From: Eledone cirrhosa
Lineage: Eukaryota
NCBI GenBank assembly: GCA_964016885.1
Contig: OZ024753.1
Location: 27,838,001-27,902,000 of the forward strand
Direction: 5' to 3'
DNA length: 64,000 nt
Part shown: piece by piece, positions 27,099-39,574 of the stretch
How the letters are laid out: each line of letters begins with the position of its first letter
How positions within the stretch are numbered: position 1 is the stretch's first letter
Position numbers and translations under genes: made by a program
The notes under the pieces: generated by a model
Database searches by the model: none
What the model was told of the DNA's origin: nothing
What the model saw: the letters and a program-made list of their open reading frames with translations, nothing else

Positions 27099-27219
27099 CT
27101 AAAAGTTTGTAGATAGCTGTTTTAGGTTATGTAACTGTTATAGAAACACGTGTCAATAAATTCCTTTCAACTAAACTGTATCCATTCAAATCTTTCTATA
27201 TATATATATATATATACTC

Positions 27220-27555
27220 AATGGTGGCACATGGCTTAGTGGTTAGAGCATTGGCTTTGCAATCGAAAGGTTGTGAGTTCAATTCTCAGACCGGGTGATG
27301 TGTTGTTTCCTTGAGCAAGACACTTTATTTCACATTGTTCCAGTTTACTCAGCTGTAGAAATGAAATGATAGGATTGGGGTCCATATCATTCCACTGCAA
27401 AGTGGTCGTGGCAAAAAGCACCCAGCACTCACTGTAAATGAGGTTGGTGTTAGGAAGGGCATCCAGCTGTAGAAATCAAGCCAGAATCAGTTCCCGTCCC
27501 ACCCTTGCAAGCAGGGAAAAAGCGGACGTAAAATGAAATGATGAAATGATGATGA
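27220..27555 (+). mobile_element. CORE-type tRNA-derived SINE with RTE tail
   Basis: tggcttagtggttagagc (A box), gagttcaattctc (B box), ccttgagcaagacactt, tail gcggacgtaaaatgaaatgatg. Confidence 0.8.
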
Positions 27556-27717
27556 TACTGTATATATATATATATATATACTGTGTATATATATATATAT
27601 ATATATACTGTATATATATATATATATACTGTATATATATATACTGTATATATATATATATATACTGTATATATATATATATACTGTATATATATATACT
27701 GTATATATATATATATA

Positions 27718-27755
<38 letters not shown>

Positions 27756-27771
27756 TATATATATATATATA

Positions 27772-27802
<31 letters not shown>

Positions 27803-28099
27803 AATGAAAAGTATAGAAATTGTTGTTACGAGAAGCTAACAGTATTCCATAACATATATATATATATATATATATATATACTGTATGTATATATATATAT
27901 ATACTGTATATATATATATATACTGTATGTATATATATATATACTGTATATATATATACTGTATATATATATATACTGTATATATATATATATATACTGT
28001 ATATATATACTGTATATATATACTGTGTATATATATACTGTATATATATATATATATATACTGTATATATATACAGTATATATATATACTGTATATATA
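27556..28099. repeat. (TA)n tract punctuated by CTG
   Basis: Direct reading. Confidence 0.95.
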
Positions 28100-28133
28100 T
28101 AGAAGTGGTTACACAAGAGTTAGTTCACCATAC

Positions 28134-28171
28134 CGAGAACAATTGTTTCACCTTAGCAGATCCTCAGCTCG
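28134..28171 (-). ncRNA. Minimal hammerhead motif (left arm)
   Basis: Reverse complement of 28194-28231 with one stem-II change. Confidence 0.65.
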
Positions 28172-28193
28172 TAATGGACATGGTTATACGGAA

Positions 28194-28231
28194 CGAGCTG
28201 AGGATCCGCTAAGGTGAAACAATTGTTCTCG
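28194..28231 (+). ncRNA. Minimal type-I hammerhead ribozyme motif
   Basis: cgag-CTGAGGA-tcc-gctaa-ggt-GAAA-caattg-TT-ctcg; palindromic stem III ACAATTGT; 4-bp stem I. Confidence 0.7.
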
Positions 28232-28689
28232 GTATGGTGAACTAACTCTTGTGTAACCACTTCTACCTAACTCATTCCATGGACTGAGTGCTCTACCACT
28301 ACGGATATTACCTTCCAGTGTTCTACCACTATATATATATATAAACACATGATAAATGCACCCAGTACATGATGTAAAATGGTTGGTGATAAGAAAGGCA
28401 TCCAGCTGTTGAAAACTTGCTAAACAAAGGGTTGAGAAAAGGCCCTTCAGTTGTGTCAAAGACATGACAATTTCCTTAGTGATTGTGATTTACATGATTA
28501 AAGCACCTAGTACATACTGTAAAGTATTTGGTTTTAGTAAGGGCATCCAGCCATGAAGGGCTTTCCAAGCAAAGGGTTGGGAGAACCCTCCAGTTGTGTG
28601 AGAGATACGACAACCTCTCTAGTGCTGGTGGCATGATAGAATGCACTTGGTAGAATTCAGAACTGTATGTAAGCGAGATGCAAACCTTC

Positions 28690-29765
28690 AGCCTGTCTGG
28701 GCAGTCAGTACAGACACGGTCAGTAAAGACCTGTCCACCCTTTAATAGCAGGAAAAGTCTTAATAGAAGGTGTATTGTCATGGTTGATAGCTTTATCAAT
28801 CATGCCCTTTAATTTAGATTCTATATTAGGATTGTATTTACATCTACGTAATATGCTATTATGAGTAATTATATTTGAGTTCCTACCACTAGGGTTATTA
28901 TTATCTATGTTACATTGAATTTCATTCATTGATCTATTTAATGCCTTGTTGTAATATTGTGCATTCTGGTAAAAGATATCTCTATTGGAGGACAGTCTAG
29001 AAATCTTATTAGATACATTTTTACTATAGACTTAAGTATTGATTGAGGGTATTTTGAGAGATTATTTCCTCAGAAAAGGTGTTCACTTGGTTTATGGACA
29101 GATTTGTGGAGCCCAGTTTATAGTTCAAAGGTGACAGCCTGGAAGTTAACTATTTTAGTATTTATATCTATCGTAAGGCTTAAGCCATTATCTTTAAAAA
29201 ACCTGTGTAAATGTTTTTTTCGTTCTTTCAAGGTTACTATTATTGCGAAAAGTGTGTATAATTGTGAAAAGTGTGTCATCATGATACAAACCACCGTTTA
29301 AGAAGGGGGAAGGTTATTTAGTAAAAAAAAGACCAATTAAGTCAACTCGATCTTGTTGAGATGTCAAAGTTATCAGGGCGATTTTTTCCTGGTTCATAGG
29401 TCACCATTAAATTCTATTATTGTTTTCTTCGCATCTAGGATGATGCCAATTTCAGTTCTAGAACACTGTTACATTTTGCCATAATTAAGCATCTATTTAG
29501 GAGATTAGGGGAGATAAAGGAATAGTAGTTATGTATGTAAAGCTTTATCTTCTAATTTAATGAACCATTTCATTACATCATTAGTGTTCCCTGAAAGACT
29601 CAAATTAATTCTTTGTTTAATAATGGGGATTATTCTATCAAGTATTTAAAAACTAATTTTCTCTATGTCAGAGGTAGAGGAGGAAATAAGTCTAATAGAA
29701 GGGCTGTTATTAAAATCCACCTTATGGCCTTTTAAGGTGAATCTATTAGTTTTGGAGGTATTAGG
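28690..29765 (-). pseudogene. Penelope-like reverse transcriptase relic
   Basis: RFTLKGHKVDFNNSPSIRLISSSTSDIEKIS; PQSILKSIVKNVSNKISRLSSNRDIFYQNAQYYNKALNRS; many stops and frameshifts. Confidence 0.75.
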
Positions 29766-29855
29766 TTCACTATATATATTAATATTTATATATATATTGA
29801 ATTAGAAGCTTTTACCGTATTTTATCAGCCTCTTGAACAGAAAAAATTGGGCATC

Positions 29856-29925
29856 AGCACATGTGGTAATCGAACCAACACATCTTGTTTGCTAGACAAG
29901 TGTGCTACCATTCACACACACAAAT
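29856..29925 (-). pseudogene. tRNA-Ala(AGC)-like pseudogene or SINE head
   Basis: D arm gtg-tgaatggtag-cac, anticodon arm cttgt-ctAGCaa-acaag, ggttcgatt B box, T6 run ~10 nt downstream; acceptor stem poor. Confidence 0.5.
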
Positions 29926-30242
29926 AGTAATAATAAAGGTGAAGACTAAAATCCGAATGTGTGTATATGTGTATACGTGCATTTATTACCCTTTGCAAGT
30001 AGGAGAGCGTGTATGTGCACGCACTTACCGAACAGCTACGAGTGTGTATATACGCATATACACGTGCGTGCGTATATTAGATGCGTATTCTTGCGTGTGT
30101 GTATGTGTATATACGCATATAGTTTTATATAACATATCCTCGCTTAAATATGCCCCTACACTGACCAGCGCATACTTATGCTCGAGCCTAAATCCTATAA
30201 CAATACTTAAATTTTCCCATCATTATTTACTTTTACTGTAAA

Positions 30243-30432
30243 GGGCGGTGGATTGGCAGTATCGGTAGAGGGTCGGACGCCATGCTTTCAACCATAGTTA
30301 CGTCCCTTTACGATCTGAGTTCAAATCCCGCCGATGTTGACTTTGCCTTTCATCCTTACGGGGTCGATAAAATAAAGTACCAGTAATGCACTGGGTAATT
30401 GCTGGCCTTGTGCCTAAAGTAGAAACAAGTAT
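30243..30432 (+). mobile_element. tRNA-derived SINE (MetaSINE-like family)
   Basis: Same family as 13405 and 15680; CpGs retained. Confidence 0.8.
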
Positions 30433-31618
30433 TTACTTTTACTGTCATTATCAGTCACTTTTGTTTAATAATTTTATTTACACCATTTTCAAAATCCGGA
30501 GGTAGATATCATTCGGTTATTAGTCTAATGATTTTTTTTTTTATATATAACATAAATGTGTTTTTGTCTTTGCAAGAAATTGTTCTTTGCGCTCCATATA
30601 ATGACGTAATTATCCTCGCATATTTTTCGTCCATCGCTAGAGAGTGTCTTCACGAACCAACATATCGTCTTCTTGTTTTCCTTCGGTTGTAACATTTTTT
30701 TAAATATTTAATTCTGCTTCTACAGATTGATTTTCCTAAATTTCAGAAGATCCCGTAAAACGGTGAAAACAGCGATTCTTTACTTAAACTTCAATCTATT
30801 CTTATAATTAATAATTAATATATATATGTATATTATATATGATTATCGTATTGATAGTGATGGTATAAATATATGTGTGTATGTGCGTGCGCGTGTGTAT
30901 GTCCGCAATTTTCAGTGTAGTTTTACCTACACACAATTTAATTATAAGACGGTTTACACTACAATCTACCGCAACCACACGCACATAAATATGAATGTAC
31001 GTATGTGTGTGTGTGTAAAGCCAGGTACAGGTAAACACACATTGGCAGATAATAACCTTGTTAATTCGCTGACAGACTTCATCTGTTAATCAGCACACCG
31101 CGCTCTCTCTACTCAAAACATCTGCATCGCCATCTCCACCCTTGCAAAATTGGCAAGGCCTTTTCACAGTACATATTCGTGTTTTCAGTACGTCATAATA
31201 CAGCTTGATTGGAATGGTAGGAGCGACTGCTCCCCTTAGCATGAAAACTACTTGAATATATTCATACCTATACCTATTTGTATATTTCTGCACACACATA
31301 TTCAGTACTTACTATATATCCCATTAACGTACTAATTTTCAACATTTCACATATATAGATATATACCTATATATATACTCGTAAATCTCCATACCTCTTG
31401 ATACATATATTGTTATTGATAACATTATTATTGCCATTTGTGATCAAAGGCATTAGACGTTGCCATCAGATCTCTCCCCAAATCGTCTGTATATTCCATT
31501 TCTTTTATTGATATATATATTGTATAGTAAATAGAAACATAGTTGATAGTTATATTGGTTTACCGATACTGCTGAATGGACTTGCTAATATATTGATACC
31601 GTACAAAGGCTCACTCCC

Positions 31619-31678
<60 letters not shown>

Positions 31679-31791
31679 CAAATTAAAGATACGAGGAAAT
31701 AATAGACAAAAATATACCTATTTTTTTCTTTAAAGTTACAGGGAGAGTGAAATATGTTCGTGAAGTGGTGAAAATATATAAATTTCTGTGG

Positions 31792-31827
<36 letters not shown>

Positions 31828-32834
31828 TCATGTATGATAGATAGATATATAGACAAACATGTTTTGGGTACGAAGAGTTTGAACGAATGAAAAAAAGAAA
31901 GAAAAAACACTATTCAGCCGAAAACAATTATTTACAAACATAAGAGCAGCAATTAGATGAAGCGAACAATAATGTTTTATCTTTAAAATTTCATCGAAAC
32001 ATCTTCCTAAGAAGATGCTGCAAAACAGAAACAACAAATCATGGAAAACAGTTAGACATATCGGCACAAGAACAATAAAATAAAATATATTTTAAAAAAA
32101 GAAAGAAGTGAGTTAAAAAGGACCTTCAGAATATATTAACCAAGGAAAAAAGACAAAATTGATGAAGTAATAATTAATAATTGAAGAAAAGTAAAGGAGG
32201 GGGGGGAAGCCGTGACTTTTTAATTGTGTGGCGAAAACCAGGAGTAATTTTATTTATGTTATTCTGCTGTGGATGATTACGTAGCAGATTAAATTATTTG
32301 AAATGATGTTTAATACGGAGGAGCTATAGCTGTACTAGATGAGGAGGTGAAGAAAAGTGGCTTGTTGTTGTAATTATTGTTATCGTCATCCTTCAGCGGA
32401 GGATTGCACAAGCCGGTTTTCATTGAAGCAGATATTTTATAAAAATGAGGGATTTAACTATCGGGTAAGCTTGAAATTCTATCTACCTACAAGGTTTTAT
32501 AAATTACGAGTGTCAGTATCTATGTGTTTGCATGTATGAAAGAATTCGGTAAATTGCCGGATAAAATGCTTTGTTGTATTTCGTTCCTTCCCTTTATTCT
32601 GAGTTGAAATTCCACTAAGGTGGGGGATGACCCTAACGCACCTACAAACATAATTGCGAATCGACTTCGGCTGTTATTCACTATCCCCTAAAATGTATGC
32701 CAATCTCTGCATACATTTATGTGGACAAACGAAATAAGAGAGAACCCAATGCAATGTATAGAGTTTAGATTACATAAACAATAGGTTCTTTGATCATTCC
32801 GGTGTCCTTTGTCTGTACGTACGCACACACATAT

Positions 32835-33085
32835 ATATATTGTTATACTTTGGGAGGGTCATGTTGCCAATAAAAGCACACGCACCTGTTGGGTTTCACT
32901 TCAATTTATTATAAATTTCCGGTTGGCTGGCTGGTTGGTTGGTTCGATAACCGAAAGCTCTTTCGTCACACATTCTGAGACCTCCTCAGTGACTAGGTTT
33001 TTATTTTGTGTGTCTCTCCTTTGTGCTGTCCTACACCATCTTGTTTTTGTTTCGCAAAACAAATTCCAAACCGAATTATCTTCCT
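32835..33085 (-). mobile_element. Second copy of the hammerhead-bearing repeat at 20640-21130
   Basis: Minus strand 32948-32993: gtca-CTGAGGA-g-gtctca-gaatg-tgtgac-GAAA-gagctt-TC. Confidence 0.6.
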
Positions 33086-33097
33086 CTCTCTCCCTCC

Positions 33098-33132
<35 letters not shown>

Positions 33133-33627
33133 ACAGTAGGAGAAAATACAACCAAATTATATATATATATATATATACTGTGTATGAACGAATCTGTAAT
33201 TACAACGAATAAAACAGTCACTATCGGCTGCCGACCTTACATCTAATAAAACCTGTAGAAGTGGTAGTGGTAGTATTGTCTGTAGTGTGTAGTTATCGCT
33301 AGTATCTTTATTGAATTGTGTTCCGATTCTCTTGTTAATTGATAATTGATGTAGGAAGTGTGTCTGGGACGATCGCTACGGCATGGAAACCTCATTTCAA
33401 ATAAACACAAACTACTATGCATTTGACAGGTCACGCATGAACGTGTGCATGCTAGCAGACAAAAACGTATTGCCAAAATTCTGACAAGGTGAAAAAAAAA
33501 AATTCCACCTGTGTCACTCGTAGACTGATATATAGACAGAGAGGGGAAGGAAGAGAGGCAAATGTCGTTAGTAGTGAGTAGTGAAATCTCTCTCTCTCAC
33601 ACACATACACACATGTGTGTGTGTGTG

Positions 33628-33688
<61 letters not shown>

Positions 33689-33695
33689 TATATAT

Positions 33696-33822
33696 ATCAA
33701 GTTTAATATAGAAATGGCTTCTACAGGACTAGAACTGTTTCATTCAAAAGAAATCATCTGATGATTTCTTTTGAATGAAACAGTTCGAGGCCTGCAGATG
33801 CCATTTTTACATTAAACTTGAT
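33696..33822. repeat. 127-bp palindrome with hammerhead-like core, plus tail to ~33890
   Basis: Centre lies in CTGATGA (33758-33764), followed by t-ttc-tttt-gaa-t-GAAA-cagttc; same family as 51188-51299 and 42360-42447. Confidence 0.85.
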
Positions 33823-33889
33823 GTTTACACTCTAGTAATGTATTGAGTACCTTACTAACTGTGGTTATTCTCGATTGAACCTGGGACTC

Positions 33890-33923
<34 letters not shown>

Positions 33924-34018
33924 GTATAAATATATATGTATATACATATGTATATGTATATATATGTATATATGTATATATGTATATATATGTATATGTA
34001 TATATATGTATATATGTA

Positions 34019-34110
<92 letters not shown>

Positions 34111-35760
34111 GTATATATTTGTGTATATACATGTATATGTATATACATATATGTATATACATATATGTATATACTGTATATGTATATACATATGTATATG
34201 TATATACATATGTATATGTATATACATATACATATATGTATATACATATATATATGTATATACAAACATATGTATATACATATATATATACATATGTATA
34301 TACATATAAATATATATATATATATATATATACATATATATGTATATACATATACATATGTATATACATATGTATATACATATATATATACATATATATG
34401 TATATACATATACATATGTATATACATATATATATACATATACATATGTATATACATATATATGTATATACATATATATATACATATACATGTATATATA
34501 TATATGCATATACATGCATATATATGTATATGTATGTGTATATATATGTATATATGCATATGAATATATATGTGTATATATGAATATATATATATATGTG
34601 TATATATATGTATGTATATATATGTATATACGTATATATATATATGAATATATATGTCTGTATATATGAATATATATACAGACATATATATTCATATATA
34701 TATGTATATATATATGAATATATATATGTTATATATATATATATGTATATATATATATGAATATATATGTGTGTATATATGAAAATATATACATATGTGT
34801 ATATATGTATATATATATATATATATGAATATATATAAACGACTCAGTTCACGAGTAACGAACACTCAAACTGGCCACAATGGCTGAAGTATTGGTGGGG
34901 AGTCACTTGTTCTGTAGTTAGTGCCAAATTGCATTCAGGAACGAATTAAGTTTGTGAACGGAGGTTCCATAGTATGTGTGTGTATATATATATGTATATA
35001 TATATATATATATAAGCGTTAAACTAATATATTCCTTCCATATACTGTGCTGTTTGTTTTGTTATTTCTGTTTACCTTTTACATATGTATGTGTGTGTGT
35101 ATTTGTATGTGTGTGTTTATGTATGTGTGTATGTATATATATATATATATGTGTGTATGTATATGTGTGTATAAGTATATATATATATGTGTGTGTGTAT
35201 ATATATATGTGTGTGTGTGTATATATATATATATATGTGTGTGTATGTATATATATAGAGATAGAGATAGATAGATGGATAGATATATATATATATATAT
35301 ACATACACATATGTATATATATATGTGTGTGTATGTATATATGTGTGTATATATATATATGTATATATATATATGTATATATATATGTTTGTATATATAT
35401 ATGTGTATAAATATATATGTATATATATATGTGTGTATAAATATATATGTATATATATATATGTGTGTATATATATGTATATATATATAAGTGTATATAT
35501 ATATAAGTATATATATATGTGTATATATATATATATATGTGTGTGTGTATATATATGTGTATATATATGTGTATATATATATATATATGTGTGTATGTAT
35601 ATATATATGTGTATGTATGTATGTATATATATATATATGTGTGTATGTATATATATATGTGTATGTATGTATGTATATATATATATGTGTGTATATATAT
35701 ATATATGTGTATGTATATATATAGAGATAGAGATAGATAGATAAATATATATATATATAA

Positions 35761-35797
<37 letters not shown>

Positions 35798-36269
35798 GAC
35801 ATACACACCTATATCTCGGAAGTGAAGAGTGACCATGACATGGTTGATGTAGGAGGCAGGGAGGAGAGGTGAGAAATGAGGGCATGCTGAACATTGTACC
35901 GCATTTAGCGACAAATTTGGGGGAGAAGATATGCGTCTTAAACTATTGTTGGGCATCTCATTTCTATACATGTATGTATATATATGTATATATATATATA
36001 TTATATATACATATGTGAATGCATATATGCCTAAATATATAGAATGTATATACGTATGTCTATATATATATATATATTATGTATATATATATGTGTGAGT
36101 GTGTGTATACATATATATATATATACTAACGTGTTGATTGAGTGTTCCGTTAATTTTTTAATGTTTTAAGAACACTGGTATTTAAATTACCTGCTTTAGT
36201 GAGCTACATATGTGTTTATATATATATATATATATACAAACACACATATATATATACACACATATATTT

Positions 36270-36315
<46 letters not shown>

Positions 36316-36410
36316 GCACACATATATATATATACAAATATGCATATATATATTTGTGTGTGTGTATATATATGTGTATGCATATATATATATATAGAGA
36401 GAGAGAGATT
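33890..36410. repeat. Large (TA)/(TG)/(CA) microsatellite field
   Basis: Direct reading; source of the Y/I/H/C-rich spurious ORFs. Confidence 0.95.
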
Positions 36411-37401
36411 GATGCCTACTAATGTGTGTGTTTCCTAGTCACAGACATATGATCTAATATATTCTCTCCATGACAATCCAATAATATATATAGAGTAACT
36501 ACGATTAGGTTAACTTCTCTCCTTTCTTCTTTAATGTGATAGATAGGTTGAAGGAAGCAATATATTGAAATTTAGCTGCTATCTTTAGCAGAAGAACATA
36601 CACACAGACAGACTCTTAGCTATGAATGAATTGATTGAGATAATATATATTCCTAGCTATTATTCTTTTACTAATTTAAGTCATTATTCTGTAACCACTA
36701 TCTTAAACAAATTTAACAGATCATATCAATTTCAGTAGTTATTTTTTGAAGTCTGGTACTTATTTTTATTGATTTCTTGTTGTTGGACTGCAAAGTTATA
36801 GGGGCATATAGGAATTGTAAATGTAAATACAGACACAGACACACACCCTTATATATATATGTATATATATATATATATAGATATAGGCAAGGGGGGGTGT
36901 GTGTTTGTCTGTAGACAAACACTTTGTAGAAACCTGCTATTTATATATATATATATATAGAGAGAGAGAGGTGTGTGTGTAGATAAAAATGTCATGTAGA
37001 AACCTGTTTTATATATATATACATACAGGTTTCTACAAAATTTTTGTCTATCTAATTTCACTCATAAGGCATTGGTCAACTGGAGTCTATCATAGAAGAT
37101 ACTTTCCCAAGGAGTCATGCAATGGGACAGAACCCGAATCCATGTGGTTGTGAAACCCACTCCTTAACTACATAGTCTTATATAGAGCAGTTAGAGACTT
37201 AGCCACTACCTGTTAGTCGATATATCAATCTGCCATGATCAATCAACCCTCTGAAACGATCGTAAAACAATGAATTAATTAACCACCAATCTCCAACTTT
37301 CATTATATTTTCATTGTTCAATACACACACATCTATATATGTAAGTATACATATATATTCATTTAAGTTTTGTGGCTCACCACTGGATAGAACTGGTCAT
37401 T

Positions 37402-39262
37402 CATCATCATCATCATCATCAACGTTTAACGTCCGTGTTCCACGCTTGCATGGGTTTGGACGGGGGTAGTCCCACTTGAGGCAAGAGTGATTGTCTTGCT
37501 CGCATAGGACTGTCTGGCAGGTTTTCTACAGTTGGATGCCCTTCCTAACACCAACCACATTTACAGTGTGGGTCTGGGAGGTTTTTACCGTGTTGCCTAC
37601 ACGGCCACATTACAGCGTGGACTGTGTGTTTTTTTGTCGTGACACCTACACGATCTCATTTGTTTCGGCCCGGATGGCGCGGCACCAACATAACTTTACA
37701 TAGGACGGGGTGGTGTGGATGGGGTGGGGGTGGTGGTGGTGGGACGGGGTGTATTTTGTTAGAGATGCCTACTGGCAAGGCGGGTCTTCTCTGTTACTGA
37801 GTACCGCCAAAGGTCTCGGTCCAGTGACATTGTCTTGGAGAGGTGTAAGTGTGTGAGGTCGGAGTTTATCAGCTCGTCCCAGGTTTTTCTAGGTCTGCCT
37901 ATTCCGTGGCTACCGTCTATCTTTATTGCCCTGCACTTTGTTATACAGCTATCGACTTTCATGCGCATCACGTGTCCATACCAACGTAGCCTTCTCTCGA
38001 GTAAACAACATCTGATCCCTCTTATCTCTAATTTTTTCCTTAGTTCGTTTATGCTTTGCCGTTCACGTATATTACTGTTACACATCCAGCGGAGCATGCA
38101 AGCTTCGTTCCTCTCTAGTCTGCGTATATCCTCTGCACACAATGCCCAGGTCTCACTGCCATGCAACATTGCTGTTCGTATGCAGGCATCGTACAACCTG
38201 CCTTTCATTTTTAGGGAGAACCCTTTAGCAGCTAATAGTGGTATAAGCTCTCTGAACTTTTTCCAACCAGTTCTGACTCTAGCTACAGTACTTTCAGAGC
38301 ACCCTCCCCCACTGCTGATTTTATCGCCCAGGTAACGGAAGCTGTCCACTATTTCTATAGAACCCTCTGCGCAATTGAAAGAGCTAGTATTGTGTGGGCA
38401 CTTGCTGCTACTTATTGCACCAGAACACCGGCCACATGTAAAATCTATGTTCTTAGTTAGCTTACCTGTGATCCCACTACATCTTTTATGCACCCATACT
38501 TTGCATTTAGGACACAAAATGGAGTTTCTACCTACGCCTTTCCTACACACCGAGCACGACCATTTCCCAGAAGGGACCGCCGCCTTGTTTTCTTTCCTAC
38601 AAACTAGAACTTTGGTCTTAGCCAGGTTAATTTTAAGTCCTTTTGACTCTAGGCCGTGCTTCCATGTTTGGAATTTCTTCTCTAGCTCGGCCATTGATTC
38701 CGCTATGAGTGTCAGGTCGTCTGCGTATAGGAGTTCCCATGGGCAGCCTGTCTTGAACTCCTCTGTTATAGCCTGAAGGGCAATAATAAATAGTAGGGGG
38801 CTGAGAACAGAGCCCTGATGGACGCCAACTTTTACGCTAAACTCTTCACTATATTCGTTGTTAATTCTAACCTTGCTGACTGTTTCTTTATACATGGCTT
38901 GTATAGCCCTCACAAGCCATTCGTCAACGCCTAGTTTTCTAAGAGCCCACCAGATAATGGAGCGGGGGACTCTGTCGAAGGCTTTCTCCAAGTCGACAAA
39001 AGCTAAGTAGAGGGGTTTACCTTTAGCTAGGTACTTCTCCTGTAGTTGTCGTACTATGAAAAGAGCGTCTGTGGTACTTTTGCCTGACACAAACCCGAAC
39101 TGCATTTCATCTAGGTCAATTCTCTCTCTGATTAGTTGCGCTATTACTTTTTCTGTGACCTTCATGACCTGGTCGATTAATTTAATGCCTCTATAGTTAC
39201 TCCTATCTAGGGCGTCTCCTTTACCCTTATAACAGTTAACGATGATGCTGCTATGCCAGTCT
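37402..39262 (-). mobile_element. 5'-truncated RTE-clade LINE with intact 3' end
   Basis: RT ORF, 3'UTR, tail ggacgttaaacgttgatgatgatg. Confidence 0.92.
37759..39261 (-). CDS. RTE reverse transcriptase (N-terminally truncated, ~500 aa open) with PHD-like zinc finger
   Basis: YKGKGDALDRSNYRGIKL upstream of the listed Met; QFGF; FVDLEKAFDRV; GVHQGSVLSPLLF; YADD; CSVC...CPKC...HKRC...CGRC; FRYLG; RLRWYGHV; GRPRKTW. Confidence 0.9.
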   Translation of the reverse strand, partial: DWHSSIIVNCYKGKGDALDRSNYRGIKLIDQVMKVTEKVIAQLIRERIDLDEMQFGFVSGKSTTDALFIVRQLQEKYLAKGKPLYLAFVDLEKAFDRVPRSIIWWALRKLGVDEWLVRAIQAMYKETVSKVRINNEYSEEFSVKVGVHQGSVLSPLLFIIALQAITEEFKTGCPWELLYADDLTLIAESMAELEKKFQTWKHGLESKGLKINLAKTKVLVCRKENKAAVPSGKWSCSVCRKGVGRNSILCPKCKVWVHKRCSGITGKLTKNIDFTCGRCSGAISSSKCPHNTSSFNCAEGSIEIVDSFRYLGDKISSGGGCSESTVARVRTGWKKFRELIPLLAAKGFSLKMKGRLYDACIRTAMLHGSETWALCAEDIRRLERNEACMLRWMCNSNIRERQSINELRKKLEIRGIRCCLLERRLRWYGHVMRMKVDSCITKCRAIKIDGSHGIGRPRKTWDELINSDLTHLHLSKTMSLDRDLWRYSVTEKTRLASRHL

Positions 39263-39369
39263 TTCTGTATAGTTAACCATGATGTAATAGTAGGAAAAGC
39301 ACTTGATGGTATGCAACTTAAAATGACAGGAGGCTGGACTGGCGAAATTCCTTCAAAGTTTTATTTCTC

Positions 39370-39427
39370 CAAATATATACATTTCAGTGGCCAGGTTACG
39401 TAAGATCCTGGTGACGTCATCAGATGT
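39370..39427 (-). ncRNA. Degenerate hammerhead motif
   Basis: CTGATGA-cgt-ca-ccagg...cctgg-cc-act-GAAA-tgtata-TA; stem I poor. Confidence 0.45.
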
Positions 39428-39574
39428 ATATTGCATAATAGTTACATAATAAAGGAATAATGATAAACACAATCCAAGAGGCTATAAGGAGAGAAAACAG
39501 AGAAAAATAAATTTGACTCAAAGGCGATCAGTGGGCTAGTTTGTAGTCTGGCTGACCACCCTCCAGCGCTAAGT

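Larger units (their letters stand above)
24371..27197. mobile_element. 2.8-kb inverted repeat: 5'-truncated Penelope-like element with an inverted copy
   Basis: Arms 24371-25762 and 25787-27197 with a 24-nt spacer; each arm holds a GIY-YIG C-terminus and a distal hammerhead motif. Confidence 0.88.
28100..28265. repeat. 166-bp inverted repeat (73-bp arms, 20-nt spacer) plus right-hand tail
   Basis: tagaagtggttacac... / ...gtgtaaccacttcta. Confidence 0.95.

Noticed and set aside
24371-27197. Pure assembly fold-back artefact
   Set aside because: Arms differ by substitutions and repeat lengths, have distinct outer flanks and match known PLE inverted architecture; not fully excluded without reads.
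33812-35971. Long ORFs of 200-280 aa rich in Y, I, H, T and C
   Set aside because: Translations of (TA)/(TG)/(CA) microsatellites, open in several frames on both strands.
37835-38776. Plus-strand ORFs of 166 aa and 133 aa
   Set aside because: Antisense shadows of the RTE RT frame; the same applies to 57041-57531.
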